Source: an uncultured bacterium | Lineage (GTDB): Bacteria > Patescibacteriota > Patescibacteriia > UBA1558 > GWA2-36-10 | NCBI GenBank assembly: GCA_937870675.1 | Contig: CALMZN010000002.1 | Span: forward strand, 1 to 40,357 | Length of the DNA: 40,357 nucleotides | Direction: 5' to 3' | Shown here: one piece after another, positions 10,395 to 20,089 of the stretch | How positions within the stretch are numbered: position 1 is the first letter of the stretch | How the letters are laid out: every line of letters begins with the position of its first letter | Notes under the pieces: model-generated | What the model was told of the DNA's origin: nothing | Databases searched by the model: none | Seen by the model: only the letters and a program-made list of their open reading frames with translations | Position numbers and translations under genes: made by a program

Positions 10395-10919
10395 ATGATG
10401 CAGGGAAAAATTGAGCAAGTGGAGATTGATGGCAAGGTTGTTTCCATCCACGAAGAGGTTTGGGTAGCAGATTTTGGCTTGCCAGAAATAGAGCATGAGA
10501 TCAAAGAAGAAGTCATTAAGCTCAGGCCAAAAAATGTGAGAAATTTTAGTTGGGTTTTTTCTTCTCTGCTAATTGTCTTGCTCATGGTGGTGGGCGAGTA
10601 TCTGCTCTGGTCGTTGGGTCTTAAAAATTTTTGGTCGATTTTGACTATCACGATTGTGACCTGGATTTACCGTCTCTTGGTATTGCTTTTGTGGCTATAC
10701 TTGGGCTACTACCAGTGGGGCTTGAATCGGGAAAAAATAGTTGCCGTGGCTTTTTCTAGCGTCATTGTGGCTAGTATTTTGGTGGCTATTATGAAAGTAG
10801 TGATGATGCCTGAGCCATGGGCTTGGCTCAATATTTTGGTAGAGCCGATTTGGGCCTTGATCATGGTGGCAATAATAAATATTATATTTTTTAAATTCAC
10901 CCCGTTAAATGCCCGCTAG
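10395..10919 (+). CDS. Hypothetical membrane protein, about 4 TM
   Basis: Acidic N-terminus then four hydrophobic segments; the last residues FTPLNAR* are encoded by the adjacent repeat. Confidence 0.75.
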   Translation: MMQGKIEQVEIDGKVVSIHEEVWVADFGLPEIEHEIKEEVIKLRPKNVRNFSWVFSSLLIVLLMVVGEYLLWSLGLKNFWSILTITIVTWIYRLLVLLLWLYLGYYQWGLNREKIVAVAFSSVIVASILVAIMKVVMMPEPWAWLNILVEPIWALIMVAIINIIFFKFTPLNAR

Positions 10920-11010
10920 GCGGGCAAGCCGTGGCTTATTTAACGGGGTGAACCCCGTTAAATGCCCGCTAGGCGGGCAAGCCGTGGCTTATTTAACGGG
11001 GTGAACCCCG
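10896..11010. repeat. Exact tandem duplication of a 53-bp TIR unit (ACCCCGTTAAAT...ATTTAACGGGGT)
   Basis: Units start at 10899 and 10952, partial third at 11005; each contains hairpins GCCCGCTAGGCGGGC and AAGCCGTGGCTT. Confidence 0.9.
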
Positions 11011-11041
11011 ATTAAATAAAATTAAATAAAAAACAAAAATT

Positions 11042-11350
11042 ATGGAAAAAATACAAATAAACAAGCACGATGTTGAAGAACACAAGGTAAGCGCGGCTAT
11101 GAGCTATGTGGGAATTTTATGCTTATTTCCACTGATGTTCAAAAGGCATTCACCCTATGCGCATTTTCATGCCAAGCAGGGATTGCTTTTATTTTTGGTA
11201 GAAATAGCTTGCGCCGCTTTTTTCTTTTTGTTGTGGCCAGTATTTATCTTGGCGATTTATTTTGCGGTGCGTGGCATCAGTCAAACCCTGCACGGCAAAT
11301 ATTGGCGCTTGCCATTTTTAGGTCGCTTCGTTGAGAAGCTAAACGTTTAA
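11042..11350 (+). CDS. Small membrane protein, DUF4870-like
   Basis: AAMSYVGIL...FHAKQGLLLF...GKYWRLPFLG pattern. Confidence 0.75.
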   Translation: MEKIQINKHDVEEHKVSAAMSYVGILCLFPLMFKRHSPYAHFHAKQGLLLFLVEIACAAFFFLLWPVFILAIYFAVRGISQTLHGKYWRLPFLGRFVEKLNV

Positions 11351-11363
11351 TAAATAATAAAAT

Positions 11364-11466
11364 TTTTAACTTTCAACTTTTTTGCTCAGTCCTCGACCAC
11401 GAGATTGAGGCTCGAGTGGAGGCGAGTTCGCTTTTGGCCGAAATTTTAAACTTTTAACTTTAGACT
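11364..11466 (+). repeat. Heptamer TTTYAAC-like repeats flanking a GC-rich hairpin insert
   Basis: TTTTAAC TTTCAAC before and TTTAAAC TTTTAAC TTTAGAC after; hairpin CTCAGTCCTCG-ACCA-CGAGATTGAG at 11385-11409. Confidence 0.5.
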
Positions 11467-11471
11467 ATAAT

Positions 11472-13862
11472 ATGCCCAAAAAATTTATTTTATGGTTCAA
11501 TGAGATTGGTATCAAAGATATACCTATTGTCGGTGGCAAAAATGCTTCGCTGGGTGAGATGTATCGCAAGTTGACACCAATTGGTGTCAAAATTCCCAAT
11601 GGCTATGCCGTCACGGCCGCGGCTTATGATTATTTTTTGGATAACAGTGGCGTCAAAGATAAGATTAAGAAAATTTTGAAGAATTTGGATACTGGAGACA
11701 TGAAAAATTTGTCTCAGCGTGGCGCGCAGATCAGAAAAACTATACTGCAAGCCGAGTTTCCCGAAGATTTGAAAAAAGAAATTACAAATTATTATCATCA
11801 GCTTTCCCAGCAATTCAAGGCGGTCAATACTGATGTGGCTATTCGCAGTTCAGCCACTGCCGAGGATCTACCCGATGCTTCTTTTGCTGGCCAGCAAGAG
11901 TCATATTTGAATATCAAGGGCGAAAAAGCCCTGCTGGATGCTTGTCGTAAGTGTGTGGCCTCACTATTCACTGATCGCGCTATTTCTTATCGCACAGATA
12001 AGGGTTTTGATCATTTTTCTATCAAACTTTCCATCACAGTGCAGAAAATGGTGCGTTCGGACAAGGCCTCTTCTGGTGTTATGTTTTCTATTGACACCGA
12101 GTCCGGCTTCAAAGACGCAGTTTTGATCAATGCTACTTATGGCTTGGGGGAATATATTGTCAAAGGCAAAGTCAATCCGGATGAATATTATGTTTTCAAA
12201 CCGACTTTATTAAAGGGCTTGGATCCGATTATCAGTCGTCGCTTGGGTTCCAAAGAACAAAAATTAATTTACAATTTTGCTGGCAGTGTTCACGCTACTG
12301 TGGATATGAAAGTGCCAGCCAAAGAAAGGCATAAATTTGTTTTGACGGACAAGGAAGTAATTCGTCTGGCCAAGTGGGCCGTGATTATTGAAAAGCACTA
12401 CAATAAAGCCATGGATATGGAGTGGGCTAAAGATGGTTTGACCAATCAATTATTCATAGTCCAAGCTCGTCCCGAGACCGTGCGCTCACAAGATGATCCC
12501 AACAAGCTCAAAGAATATATTTTGCAAACCCGTGGTAAAGTGCTAGCCGAAGGCGCTTCGGTTGGGAACATGATAGGTCAGGGACTAGCCCACGTGATTA
12601 AAGATGTGGCTGATATTGGCAATTTCAAACAAGACGAGGTCTTGATTACAGAGATGACTGATCCTGATTGGGAGCCGATTATGAAAAAAGCGGCCGCCAT
12701 TGTCACCAACGCTGGCGGACGCACTTGCCATGCCGCCATTATTTCTCGTGAATTGGGCATCCCTTGCGTGGTAGGTACTGTGGACTGCACAGAAAAAGTA
12801 AAAAACAAACAAGCAGTGACTGTCAGCTGTGCTGAAGGTGAGCGCGGTTATATTTATAATGGCTTGTTGAAATTTCAAATCAAAGAAACTGATTTGAAAA
12901 AAATAAAAAAACCACGCACCAAGATTATGATGAATATCGGCAATCCCGAAATGGCTATGGCGCAGAGTTTTATCCCCAATGATGGTGTGGGTTTGGCTCG
13001 CGAAGAATTTATTATTACTTCGTATATCAAAATACACCCTCTGGCTTTGCTTAATTTTCATAAATTAAAAAATAAAAAAGCCAAACAGCAGATAGAAAAA
13101 TTGACAGTCGGCTATACAAATAAAGCGCAATTTTTTGTGGATCGACTGGCCGAAGGCGTGGCTAGGATTGCCGCTAGTTTTTATCCCAAAGATGTCATAG
13201 TTCGTTTGTCGGACTTCAAATCCAATGAATATGCCAATTTGATTGGTGGCGCCGAGTTTGAACCAGTAGAGTCCAATCCCATGATCGGCTGGCGAGGGGC
13301 TTCCAGATACTATGATCCAAAATACATAGCGGCTTTTGAGCTAGAATGTCGGGCCTTAGTCAAAGTCCGCGAAGATATGGGTCTGAGGAATTTGAAAATC
13401 ATGGTGCCTTTTTGTAGAACACTCGAAGAGGGCAAAAAGGTCTTGGCTATCATGGCCAAGCATGGTTTGAAGCGAGGAGTGGGAGGCCTAGAGGTCTATG
13501 TCATGTGCGAGATACCGTCCAATGTAATTTTGGCCGAGGACTTTTGCAAAATATTTGATGGCTTTTCTATTGGCTCCAATGATTTGACCCAGCTTACTTT
13601 GGGAGTAGACCGCGATTCGCAAATAGTGGCTCATGTTTATGATGAACGCAATCAAGCAGTCAAATCTTTGATTAGCCAAGTAATCAAAACAGCCAAAAAG
13701 AATAAAAGAAAAATTGGTATTTGCGGACAAGCGCCTTCTGATTTTCCGGACTTTGCCCAATTCTTGGTCAGAGAGGGTATTGATTCTATTTCTTTGAATC
13801 CCGACACAGTCATCAAGACCACTTTGGCCATCAAGCAAGTAGAAAGTAAAAAAAGAAAATAA
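11472..13862 (+). CDS. ppsA: Phosphoenolpyruvate synthase
   Basis: VGGKNASLGEM, RSSATAEDLPDASFAGQQES, GGRTCHAAIISRE phospho-His motif, FSIGSNDLTQL. Confidence 0.98.
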   Translation: MPKKFILWFNEIGIKDIPIVGGKNASLGEMYRKLTPIGVKIPNGYAVTAAAYDYFLDNSGVKDKIKKILKNLDTGDMKNLSQRGAQIRKTILQAEFPEDLKKEITNYYHQLSQQFKAVNTDVAIRSSATAEDLPDASFAGQQESYLNIKGEKALLDACRKCVASLFTDRAISYRTDKGFDHFSIKLSITVQKMVRSDKASSGVMFSIDTESGFKDAVLINATYGLGEYIVKGKVNPDEYYVFKPTLLKGLDPIISRRLGSKEQKLIYNFAGSVHATVDMKVPAKERHKFVLTDKEVIRLAKWAVIIEKHYNKAMDMEWAKDGLTNQLFIVQARPETVRSQDDPNKLKEYILQTRGKVLAEGASVGNMIGQGLAHVIKDVADIGNFKQDEVLITEMTDPDWEPIMKKAAAIVTNAGGRTCHAAIISRELGIPCVVGTVDCTEKVKNKQAVTVSCAEGERGYIYNGLLKFQIKETDLKKIKKPRTKIMMNIGNPEMAMAQSFIPNDGVGLAREEFIITSYIKIHPLALLNFHKLKNKKAKQQIEKLTVGYTNKAQFFVDRLAEGVARIAASFYPKDVIVRLSDFKSNEYANLIGGAEFEPVESNPMIGWRGASRYYDPKYIAAFELECRALVKVREDMGLRNLKIMVPFCRTLEEGKKVLAIMAKHGLKRGVGGLEVYVMCEIPSNVILAEDFCKIFDGFSIGSNDLTQLTLGVDRDSQIVAHVYDERNQAVKSLISQVIKTAKKNKRKIGICGQAPSDFPDFAQFLVREGIDSISLNPDTVIKTTLAIKQVESKKRK

Positions 13863-13922
13863 TTTTAGTTTGTTATTTTAAAATCAGTGATTTGTTTATT
13901 GACAATTAGCTGATTTTTCTTT

Positions 13923-15488
13923 ATGTCAAACCTAGAAACACAAGAAAAAATTATTTCAAGCAAGGAAGTTGATGACACGGCTGTTAGTTTGGCTTTGCCT
14001 GAAAATTATATTGTTAATTGGCAGAGTAGGGGTTTGGAAAAACAGGCCGAATCCTATGAAGCGGTTGTGAGAATCTGCCGAGCCGTTCAGGAAGCTGGTG
14101 GTAAAGCGCTAATGGTCGGTGGTGGTGTGCGCGATTTACTTTTGGACAAAGAAGTAAAGGACTTTGACATTGAGGTCTATGGTATAGAGCCACTAGATCT
14201 TCAAAATTTATTGCGGCCCTTTGGTCATTTGGGGGAAGTGGGAAAATCTTTTAGCGTTTTGAAACTTTTTGTCAATCATGATATTCAGATTGATATTTCT
14301 CTGCCGCGTCGCGATTCAAAAACCGGCCCCTTGCATACCGATGTCGACGCGCAACCTGATCCTTACCTGTCAATATCCGAGGCGACGCGGCGCCGTGATT
14401 TTACCATCAATGCTATTTTAGCCGATCCGCTTACTGGTAAGATCATTGATCCTTTTCACGGCATTGATGATTTGAAAAGTAAAACGTTGCGGCTGGTGGA
14501 TGAAGAAACCTTTGTTGATGACCCATTGAGAGTATTGAGGGCCATGCAACTTATCGGCCGTTTTGAGTTGGCAATGGATGATGATAGTCGTCGGATTATG
14601 AGCAGTATGGCTGATGGGCTAAAGCATTTATCAAAAGAGAGAATTCGTGAAGAGTGGTGTAAGCTTTTGTTGAAATCCAATCAGCCATCACTGGGCTTGG
14701 AAGCAGGTCTCGAACTAGGAGTGCTCAAAGAACTGCATCCCGAGTTTGTGCCTTTGGTAGAAACACCGCAAGATCAAAATCAGCATCCCGAAGGAAATGT
14801 CTGGGAGCACACTTTGATAGCGGTTGATGAAATGACTGACATTGCTAGGCGAGAGAAATTAACTGAGCAGGAAATGTGGCCATTGATGCTAGCCGCTCTG
14901 TGTCATGATTTGGGTAAAGCAGAAACAAGCGAAGAAAAAGACGGAAAAATAATTGCTCACGGCCACGATTTGGCCAGTGTTGGTTTGACCAAAGTTTTTT
15001 TAGATGGCCTCAGGGTAGATAAGTTCACAGAAGCGCGAGTTTTGCCCTTGGTGCGCCATCACATGAGACCGTTGTATTTGTATAATGATATGTTGCAAAA
15101 TCGTCAAATAAAAGATGGTATTTTTCGTCGTTTGGCTAGAGATTTGGCGCCGTCTAGTATTAGAGATTTGGCTTTTTTGTCAGAAGCTGACTATCGGGCT
15201 ACGCGGAGGGAAGATAAAGAGGAAATAAAAAAATTAATTGACTGGTTGATAAATAAAGCAACGGAGATTGGTGTTGACCAGCAAGTTGCTCCAGAGCTTG
15301 TGACCGGCAAGGATTTTTTGCAAATGGGTTATGCTCCTGGTCCAGAAATTGGTCGCTTGATACAATTGAGCAGTGAATTAAGAGACGCGCGTGGTTTTAG
15401 TCGAGAAGACATTATTCAAGTGTTATTTAACATCAAAGATGTCACCGAAGCTATGAGTAAATTAGAAAAATTATTATTAACAGATTAA
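13923..15488 (+). CDS. cca: CCA-adding enzyme / poly(A) polymerase family protein with HD domain
   Basis: VGGGVRD, DFDIE, RRDFTINA, DDPLRVLR, ERIREE, HPEG...HT, LCHDLGK. Confidence 0.85.
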   Translation: MSNLETQEKIISSKEVDDTAVSLALPENYIVNWQSRGLEKQAESYEAVVRICRAVQEAGGKALMVGGGVRDLLLDKEVKDFDIEVYGIEPLDLQNLLRPFGHLGEVGKSFSVLKLFVNHDIQIDISLPRRDSKTGPLHTDVDAQPDPYLSISEATRRRDFTINAILADPLTGKIIDPFHGIDDLKSKTLRLVDEETFVDDPLRVLRAMQLIGRFELAMDDDSRRIMSSMADGLKHLSKERIREEWCKLLLKSNQPSLGLEAGLELGVLKELHPEFVPLVETPQDQNQHPEGNVWEHTLIAVDEMTDIARREKLTEQEMWPLMLAALCHDLGKAETSEEKDGKIIAHGHDLASVGLTKVFLDGLRVDKFTEARVLPLVRHHMRPLYLYNDMLQNRQIKDGIFRRLARDLAPSSIRDLAFLSEADYRATRREDKEEIKKLIDWLINKATEIGVDQQVAPELVTGKDFLQMGYAPGPEIGRLIQLSSELRDARGFSREDIIQVLFNIKDVTEAMSKLEKLLLTD

Positions 15489-15624
15489 CCCCGTTAAATA
15501 AATTTAATTTATTGGGGCATAAAAATAAACCAAAAAAATAATTATAACAATTCAATTTTTTATTTATTATTAATTAAATTTAATTTTTATCGAGCTGGGC
15601 CCGATAAAAATTATTTAACGAGGT
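15488..15624. mobile_element. MITE-like TIR element with a nested palindrome
   Basis: Left arm ACCCCGTTAAATAAATTTAATT; right arm AATTAAATTTA[insert 15583-15613]TTTAACGAGGT. Confidence 0.7.
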
Positions 15625-15629
15625 AAATT

Positions 15630-15932
15630 ATGAAAGGATTTATAGATTTTATTAGAGAGCAGGGAGTGGTGGGCTTGGCCGTTGGTTTTATACTTGGTGG
15701 CGCAATTTCCAAAGTAGTGTCTGGTTTGGTCAATGATATTATCAATCCATTACTTGGTTCATTGTTGGGTGGCGCCAACTTAGATCAATTGGCTTGGCAG
15801 GTGGGTGAAAATAAAGTCATGTTTGGTAGTTTTGTGAATACAACAATAGATTTTATTATTATTGCCTTGGTAGTATATTTTGGCGTGAAAATTTTGAAAC
15901 TGGATCGCCTAGATAAGAAAAAAGACGCCTAG
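15630..15932 (+). CDS. mscL: Large-conductance mechanosensitive channel
   Basis: FIDFIREQGVVGLAVGFILG...LVNDIINPL...GSFVNTTIDFIIIALVVYF. Confidence 0.92.
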   Translation: MKGFIDFIREQGVVGLAVGFILGGAISKVVSGLVNDIINPLLGSLLGGANLDQLAWQVGENKVMFGSFVNTTIDFIIIALVVYFGVKILKLDRLDKKKDA

Positions 15933-15994
15933 TAGTTTAGTTTTTTATAAACATAAAAAATAGCTTTTGGCAGGGCAATCATTTTATTTATGGA

Positions 15995-16023
15995 TTGACT
16001 AAAATCTCAATAAAATCTATAAT
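15995..16023 (+). promoter_or_regulatory. Sigma70 promoter of the large surface-protein gene
   Basis: TTGACT-N17-TATAAT. Confidence 0.7.
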
Positions 16024-16077
16024 ATTTGCGCATATTATTAAGTAAATTAATAGTTAATTATTCTTTGAATAATTTTT

Positions 16078-19000
16078 ATGAATTATCTGCACATTGTTCA
16101 TCAACACAAAAACAGAATAATTTTTTTCATTTTTGTCTTCTTATTTGTTATTTTTGGTAGTTTTTTGTTTGTGGGGGTTGAGAGAGCTAGTGCCGCGACA
16201 TATTATGTTTCCACAACAGGTACCGATGATGCTAGCCATGGCACCGGCACTGGTACTGATGCTTGGCTGACCCTAGATTATGCTTTGACTGGTTCACGGG
16301 TTGCCATGGGAGACACTATTAATATTGAAGCTGGGACTTATAGCTCTTTTTATGGAGCTGACACTTATATTAGCCCCACTATAAACACCGCTAGTGGTAG
16401 CGGACCGGTTATAATACAAGCTTATCCTACCGATGCCGTGGTCACTCTTGATATGCCAGTTAATACTTCCGGCAGTTATGCTTTCCTTTTTCTAAACTCA
16501 ACTAGATGGGGTGAGTTTACTTTTAAACATATTAATTTTACCAATTCCAACGCAGTTGCTTCCCAATTATTTTGGATATACGGTCACAACCTAACTCTTG
16601 AGGATTGCCAAATAACCTTTAACGCCGCCGTGACCAGAACACAAATTTATATAAGCACTGATACTGAAGATGCTAATTTGATATTTAGAAGAACTAAGAT
16701 CATCAATGGTCCATCGGGTAGCAGATACATAATTAGCAACGGTAAGGTCGGCGCAAATGTTACTCTTGAAAGTAGTTTATTTTATGATCAAATTTATTAT
16801 ATCCTAGCCCTAGGAGCTAGAACAAATGTGACTGTGACTAATTCTACTTTTTTCACCAGTTATGCAAAATTTTATATGCCCGCTGAAGCGAGTGGATCAA
16901 TTTTCCATATCAAAAATAATATTTTTTATGCCAATACAGACACCGACTATCGGCCGTTTGTAACGGTTGACGCTATATCAGCTGAAATAATAGCAAATCC
17001 AGACAATTGGGATGTTACAAATAATATTTGGTACTGGTCTAAAGCACCGGTAGCTGAAGTAATACAATATCAGTACTTTATAGGTGGACATACCCACATT
17101 GACCAGGTTGATAGCACCAATCATTATATAAATCCTCAATTTACAGCAACCTCTACTGATGATTATACTATACAAGTTGGATCTGATATCTGTGGTCATG
17201 GATTGCAGGCCAGCTTACCAGCCGACGGTGATGTCACTGGGGTAGCTTGGACTGGTAATGATATTGGCGCTTATAAGTGCCCTAGCTCAAGTACTGGCGT
17301 TACTTTATTAGATAAAGTTGCCTTTGTTGGTGATTCTATAATGCTTCAAGGTACAGTCGCTTCAACTTTTACTGACCAAACTGGCCTAGATGTTGTTGCC
17401 GTCGCTGATACCGCAATATCTGGCGCACCAATGCAAAAAATATTTGATTCTATTGATGCTGTAATGATAAATAGTAGCCCCAGTACTGTATTTTTATCAA
17501 TTGGCATCAATAATTTAGCCTTGCAAACACCAGCCCTAGCCACCAACACCGAATATGCTAATTATATTTTAGAGATTATGGAAAAAATTGAAGATTGGGG
17601 AGCAACACCGATCTGGTTGGGCATAGGGACACTTAATAATTACGGTGGGTTGCCTGACACTCCTATTCCTATAATCAACGCCGCTGTTGAAGCTGGTTGC
17701 GTCTCTCATGGCTGGACATGTGACGCCTATTATGATCAAATGACTTTCAACTCTAGCTGGCAATCCGCCTCACCTAATGGATATTATGACACCAATGGCG
17801 ATGTCCATCCCAATACTGCTGGCTATCAGCTCATCGGAGAATTTGCTGAATATTTATATTATACTCACCACACTATGGGTACTGATGAAATAGATGTCGG
17901 AGCCGGAGCTAGAGTCTACTCTAATGGTAAATTTAGAGATCAAGGCGTTGTTTCTGGGATTACGGCTGATTTGACAGTAACACCAGCGTGGGGTGGCTTT
18001 ACAACTGGAGATTACTCTTATTGGTTGGATGTCGGTATTGATTCGTGGTTGACTAGTGGCACATATAATAAACAATGGACTGCTTCTTCTACTTTAGCCA
18101 CAACTACGATTTATACAATTGGTGATTTAGCCCCATCAAAATATTATAAATTTAAATTAGATGGAGCTGATTATACCAGTATTACTGGTGACACTTGCGC
18201 CAGTGGTATTTGTCTTTCAGATTCTTTGGGTAACCTTACTTTTACTTATGCGGGTGGTTATTCTACCCACACTTTTGCTTTGGAACAAAATACTAGTGCG
18301 CCAACTAATATTGGATTTACATCAATTACTGCTGATTCTACAAGTCAGCTAACAATTTTGGCAGACACAGCTGTTGACTCTGATCCGGGATTATCAGCAA
18401 CTCCATATTGGTTTGATGAAACAACAGGTGGTTCAGGCGCAACAGATTCTTCGGATTGGCAATCTTCAGCCACGTATATAGATAGTGGCTTATCAACTAA
18501 TACTCAGTATACTTATAGAGTCAAGGCCCGAGATGGCAATACCAACGAATCCGACTATTCTACTACCTTATCAAAATATACTCTAGCCCCTACACCCAGC
18601 AATCTATCAGCCACTGCCAGCCGAACTAGCATAAGTCTATCGGTCAGCGCTTTAGATAATGCCAGTTCTGGTTCATCGGGTTATTATTTTTCTCGCAATG
18701 ACGGTACTAACTCCGGCTGGATACAAACTAATACTTGGGATGATACAAGTTTATCTTGTGGCACTTCATATACCTATTCAGTAAAGTATCGAAATGGTGA
18801 TGGGACAGAAACTAGCGTAAATACCATCACTAAATCAACAAGTGGTTGTAGTGGTGGTGGTAGCTACTATATACCCTCCGTTGGTCTGGGGAGTACGGAT
18901 TTTTATTTTAAAATTGGTGAGACCAAAGAAATTACTGGCCTAGGAACCAATGGAATAAATATTTTGGTCTATGTTCATTCATCATTGATATTTAGTTTGG

Positions 19001-19725
19001 TAAATTCAAATACAAAATATAATTTGGAAGTTTTGGATTTAGATACAGCTACTGGTCTAATAAAAATAAAATTAGCGGACAGAATTTTTTATTTATCACC
19101 TGGTAAAAGTCAAAAATTTGACCTTGATGGGGGTGGAAATTTTGATTTGCAATTAGTTTATAATAAATTAAAAGTTAATCAAATTGATTTAACTCTGCTC
19201 ACATTAGATCAGCCAATCCCGACTTCTGACTTATTAGCAAATGGTAGTCTAGTCAAAACACCGAACGATCCGGCGGTTTATCTGGTAGAAAACGGGATGA
19301 AGAGGCACATAATCAATGAGGATGTTTTTATAGCCCAAGGATTTTCTTGGTCTGATATTATAGATGTGCCGAATTTGGACAATTATCCTTCTGGAGAAAT
19401 AATAAATATCACTAGTAATAAAACCAACAACCCATCAGTGATAAATAATTATGTATTTACAGTTAATTTGCCATATGGTAGTGCTAGTGATGATGTGCTA
19501 CGGCTACAAAAATTTTTAAATGCCAATGGATTTATTGTGGCTAATACTGGGTTCGGCTCACCTGGTCATGAAACTAAAATATTCGGCAGAGCTACCAGAG
19601 CGGCCTTAATAAAATTTCAAAATAAATATAAAAAACAAATTCTTGAACCCTTGGGTCTAAGCAATGGCACTGGAATTTTTGGTCCAGCCACTAGAGAATT
19701 TATAAAAAATAATTTTAGTTATTAG
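16078..19725 (+). CDS. Large secreted protein: beta-helix, SGNH/GDSL hydrolase, FN3-like and peptidoglycan-binding-like domains
   Basis: Signal ASA|ATYYVS; GDTINIEAGTY; NPQF...DIGAY; SGNH blocks FVGDSI, GINN, DVHP; GLSTNTQYTYRVKARD; DVLRLQKFLN...GIFGPATR. Confidence 0.8.
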   Translation: MNYLHIVHQHKNRIIFFIFVFLFVIFGSFLFVGVERASAATYYVSTTGTDDASHGTGTGTDAWLTLDYALTGSRVAMGDTINIEAGTYSSFYGADTYISPTINTASGSGPVIIQAYPTDAVVTLDMPVNTSGSYAFLFLNSTRWGEFTFKHINFTNSNAVASQLFWIYGHNLTLEDCQITFNAAVTRTQIYISTDTEDANLIFRRTKIINGPSGSRYIISNGKVGANVTLESSLFYDQIYYILALGARTNVTVTNSTFFTSYAKFYMPAEASGSIFHIKNNIFYANTDTDYRPFVTVDAISAEIIANPDNWDVTNNIWYWSKAPVAEVIQYQYFIGGHTHIDQVDSTNHYINPQFTATSTDDYTIQVGSDICGHGLQASLPADGDVTGVAWTGNDIGAYKCPSSSTGVTLLDKVAFVGDSIMLQGTVASTFTDQTGLDVVAVADTAISGAPMQKIFDSIDAVMINSSPSTVFLSIGINNLALQTPALATNTEYANYILEIMEKIEDWGATPIWLGIGTLNNYGGLPDTPIPIINAAVEAGCVSHGWTCDAYYDQMTFNSSWQSASPNGYYDTNGDVHPNTAGYQLIGEFAEYLYYTHHTMGTDEIDVGAGARVYSNGKFRDQGVVSGITADLTVTPAWGGFTTGDYSYWLDVGIDSWLTSGTYNKQWTASSTLATTTIYTIGDLAPSKYYKFKLDGADYTSITGDTCASGICLSDSLGNLTFTYAGGYSTHTFALEQNTSAPTNIGFTSITADSTSQLTILADTAVDSDPGLSATPYWFDETTGGSGATDSSDWQSSATYIDSGLSTNTQYTYRVKARDGNTNESDYSTTLSKYTLAPTPSNLSATASRTSISLSVSALDNASSGSSGYYFSRNDGTNSGWIQTNTWDDTSLSCGTSYTYSVKYRNGDGTETSVNTITKSTSGCSGGGSYYIPSVGLGSTDFYFKIGETKEITGLGTNGINILVYVHSSLIFSLVNSNTKYNLEVLDLDTATGLIKIKLADRIFYLSPGKSQKFDLDGGGNFDLQLVYNKLKVNQIDLTLLTLDQPIPTSDLLANGSLVKTPNDPAVYLVENGMKRHIINEDVFIAQGFSWSDIIDVPNLDNYPSGEIINITSNKTNNPSVINNYVFTVNLPYGSASDDVLRLQKFLNANGFIVANTGFGSPGHETKIFGRATRAALIKFQNKYKKQILEPLGLSNGTGIFGPATREFIKNNFSY

Positions 19726-19799
19726 TTTGGAGAGGTCGCCCCGTACCATAACCTCGCACTGCTTCGGCTGGCTACGGGGTAAACATAGTTGATAATTCT

Positions 19800-19889
19800 G
19801 GAAGGTTCGCATAGTGGTCTAGTGCGCACGCTTGGAAAGCGTGTGAGGTGTCAAAACCTCCGAGGGTTCGAATCCCTCACCTTCCGCCA
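19800..19889 (+). tRNA. tRNA-Ser(GGA), CCA encoded
   Basis: Acceptor GGAAGGT/ACCTTCC-G-CCA; anticodon arm CACGC-TTGGAAA-GCGTG; long variable arm; GAGGG-TTCGAAT-CCCTC. Confidence 0.97.
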
Positions 19890-19990
19890 TCCTTCGCGCT
19901 AAGCGAAGGAATGTCGTCCGTAGCTTTAGCGAAGGACGACAAATAAATATAAAAATTATTTGACAAAGCGCCGCTTCGGATGGCAGGCCA
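19886..19990. repeat. Stacked hairpins downstream of the tRNA
   Basis: TCCTTCGC/GCGAAGGA; GTCGTCC-GTAGCTTTAGCGAA-GGACGAC; outer GCCATCC/GGATGGC. Confidence 0.55.
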
Positions 19991-20089
19991 AAATAATTCT
20001 GGGTGAGAATCTTTACCCGCCAAAGTCCGCAGGACGTCGGCGGGCTGTCCTCTCCGCCACCTTAAATTTTAAAAAATAATTTAATATAT

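Larger units (their letters stand above)
19729..20059 (+). pseudogene. Split tRNA-Ser-like relic (5' piece 19729-19791, 3' piece about 20001-20059) enclosing the intact tRNA
   Basis: GGAGAGG (19729-19735) pairs with CCTCTCC followed by GCCA (20049-20059). The 5' piece reads GGAGAGGTCGCATAGTTG once the CCCCGTA...TACGGGGT insert is removed. Confidence 0.55.

Noticed and set aside
10896-11010. CRISPR array
   Set aside because: Two identical adjacent units with no unique spacers and no cas genes.
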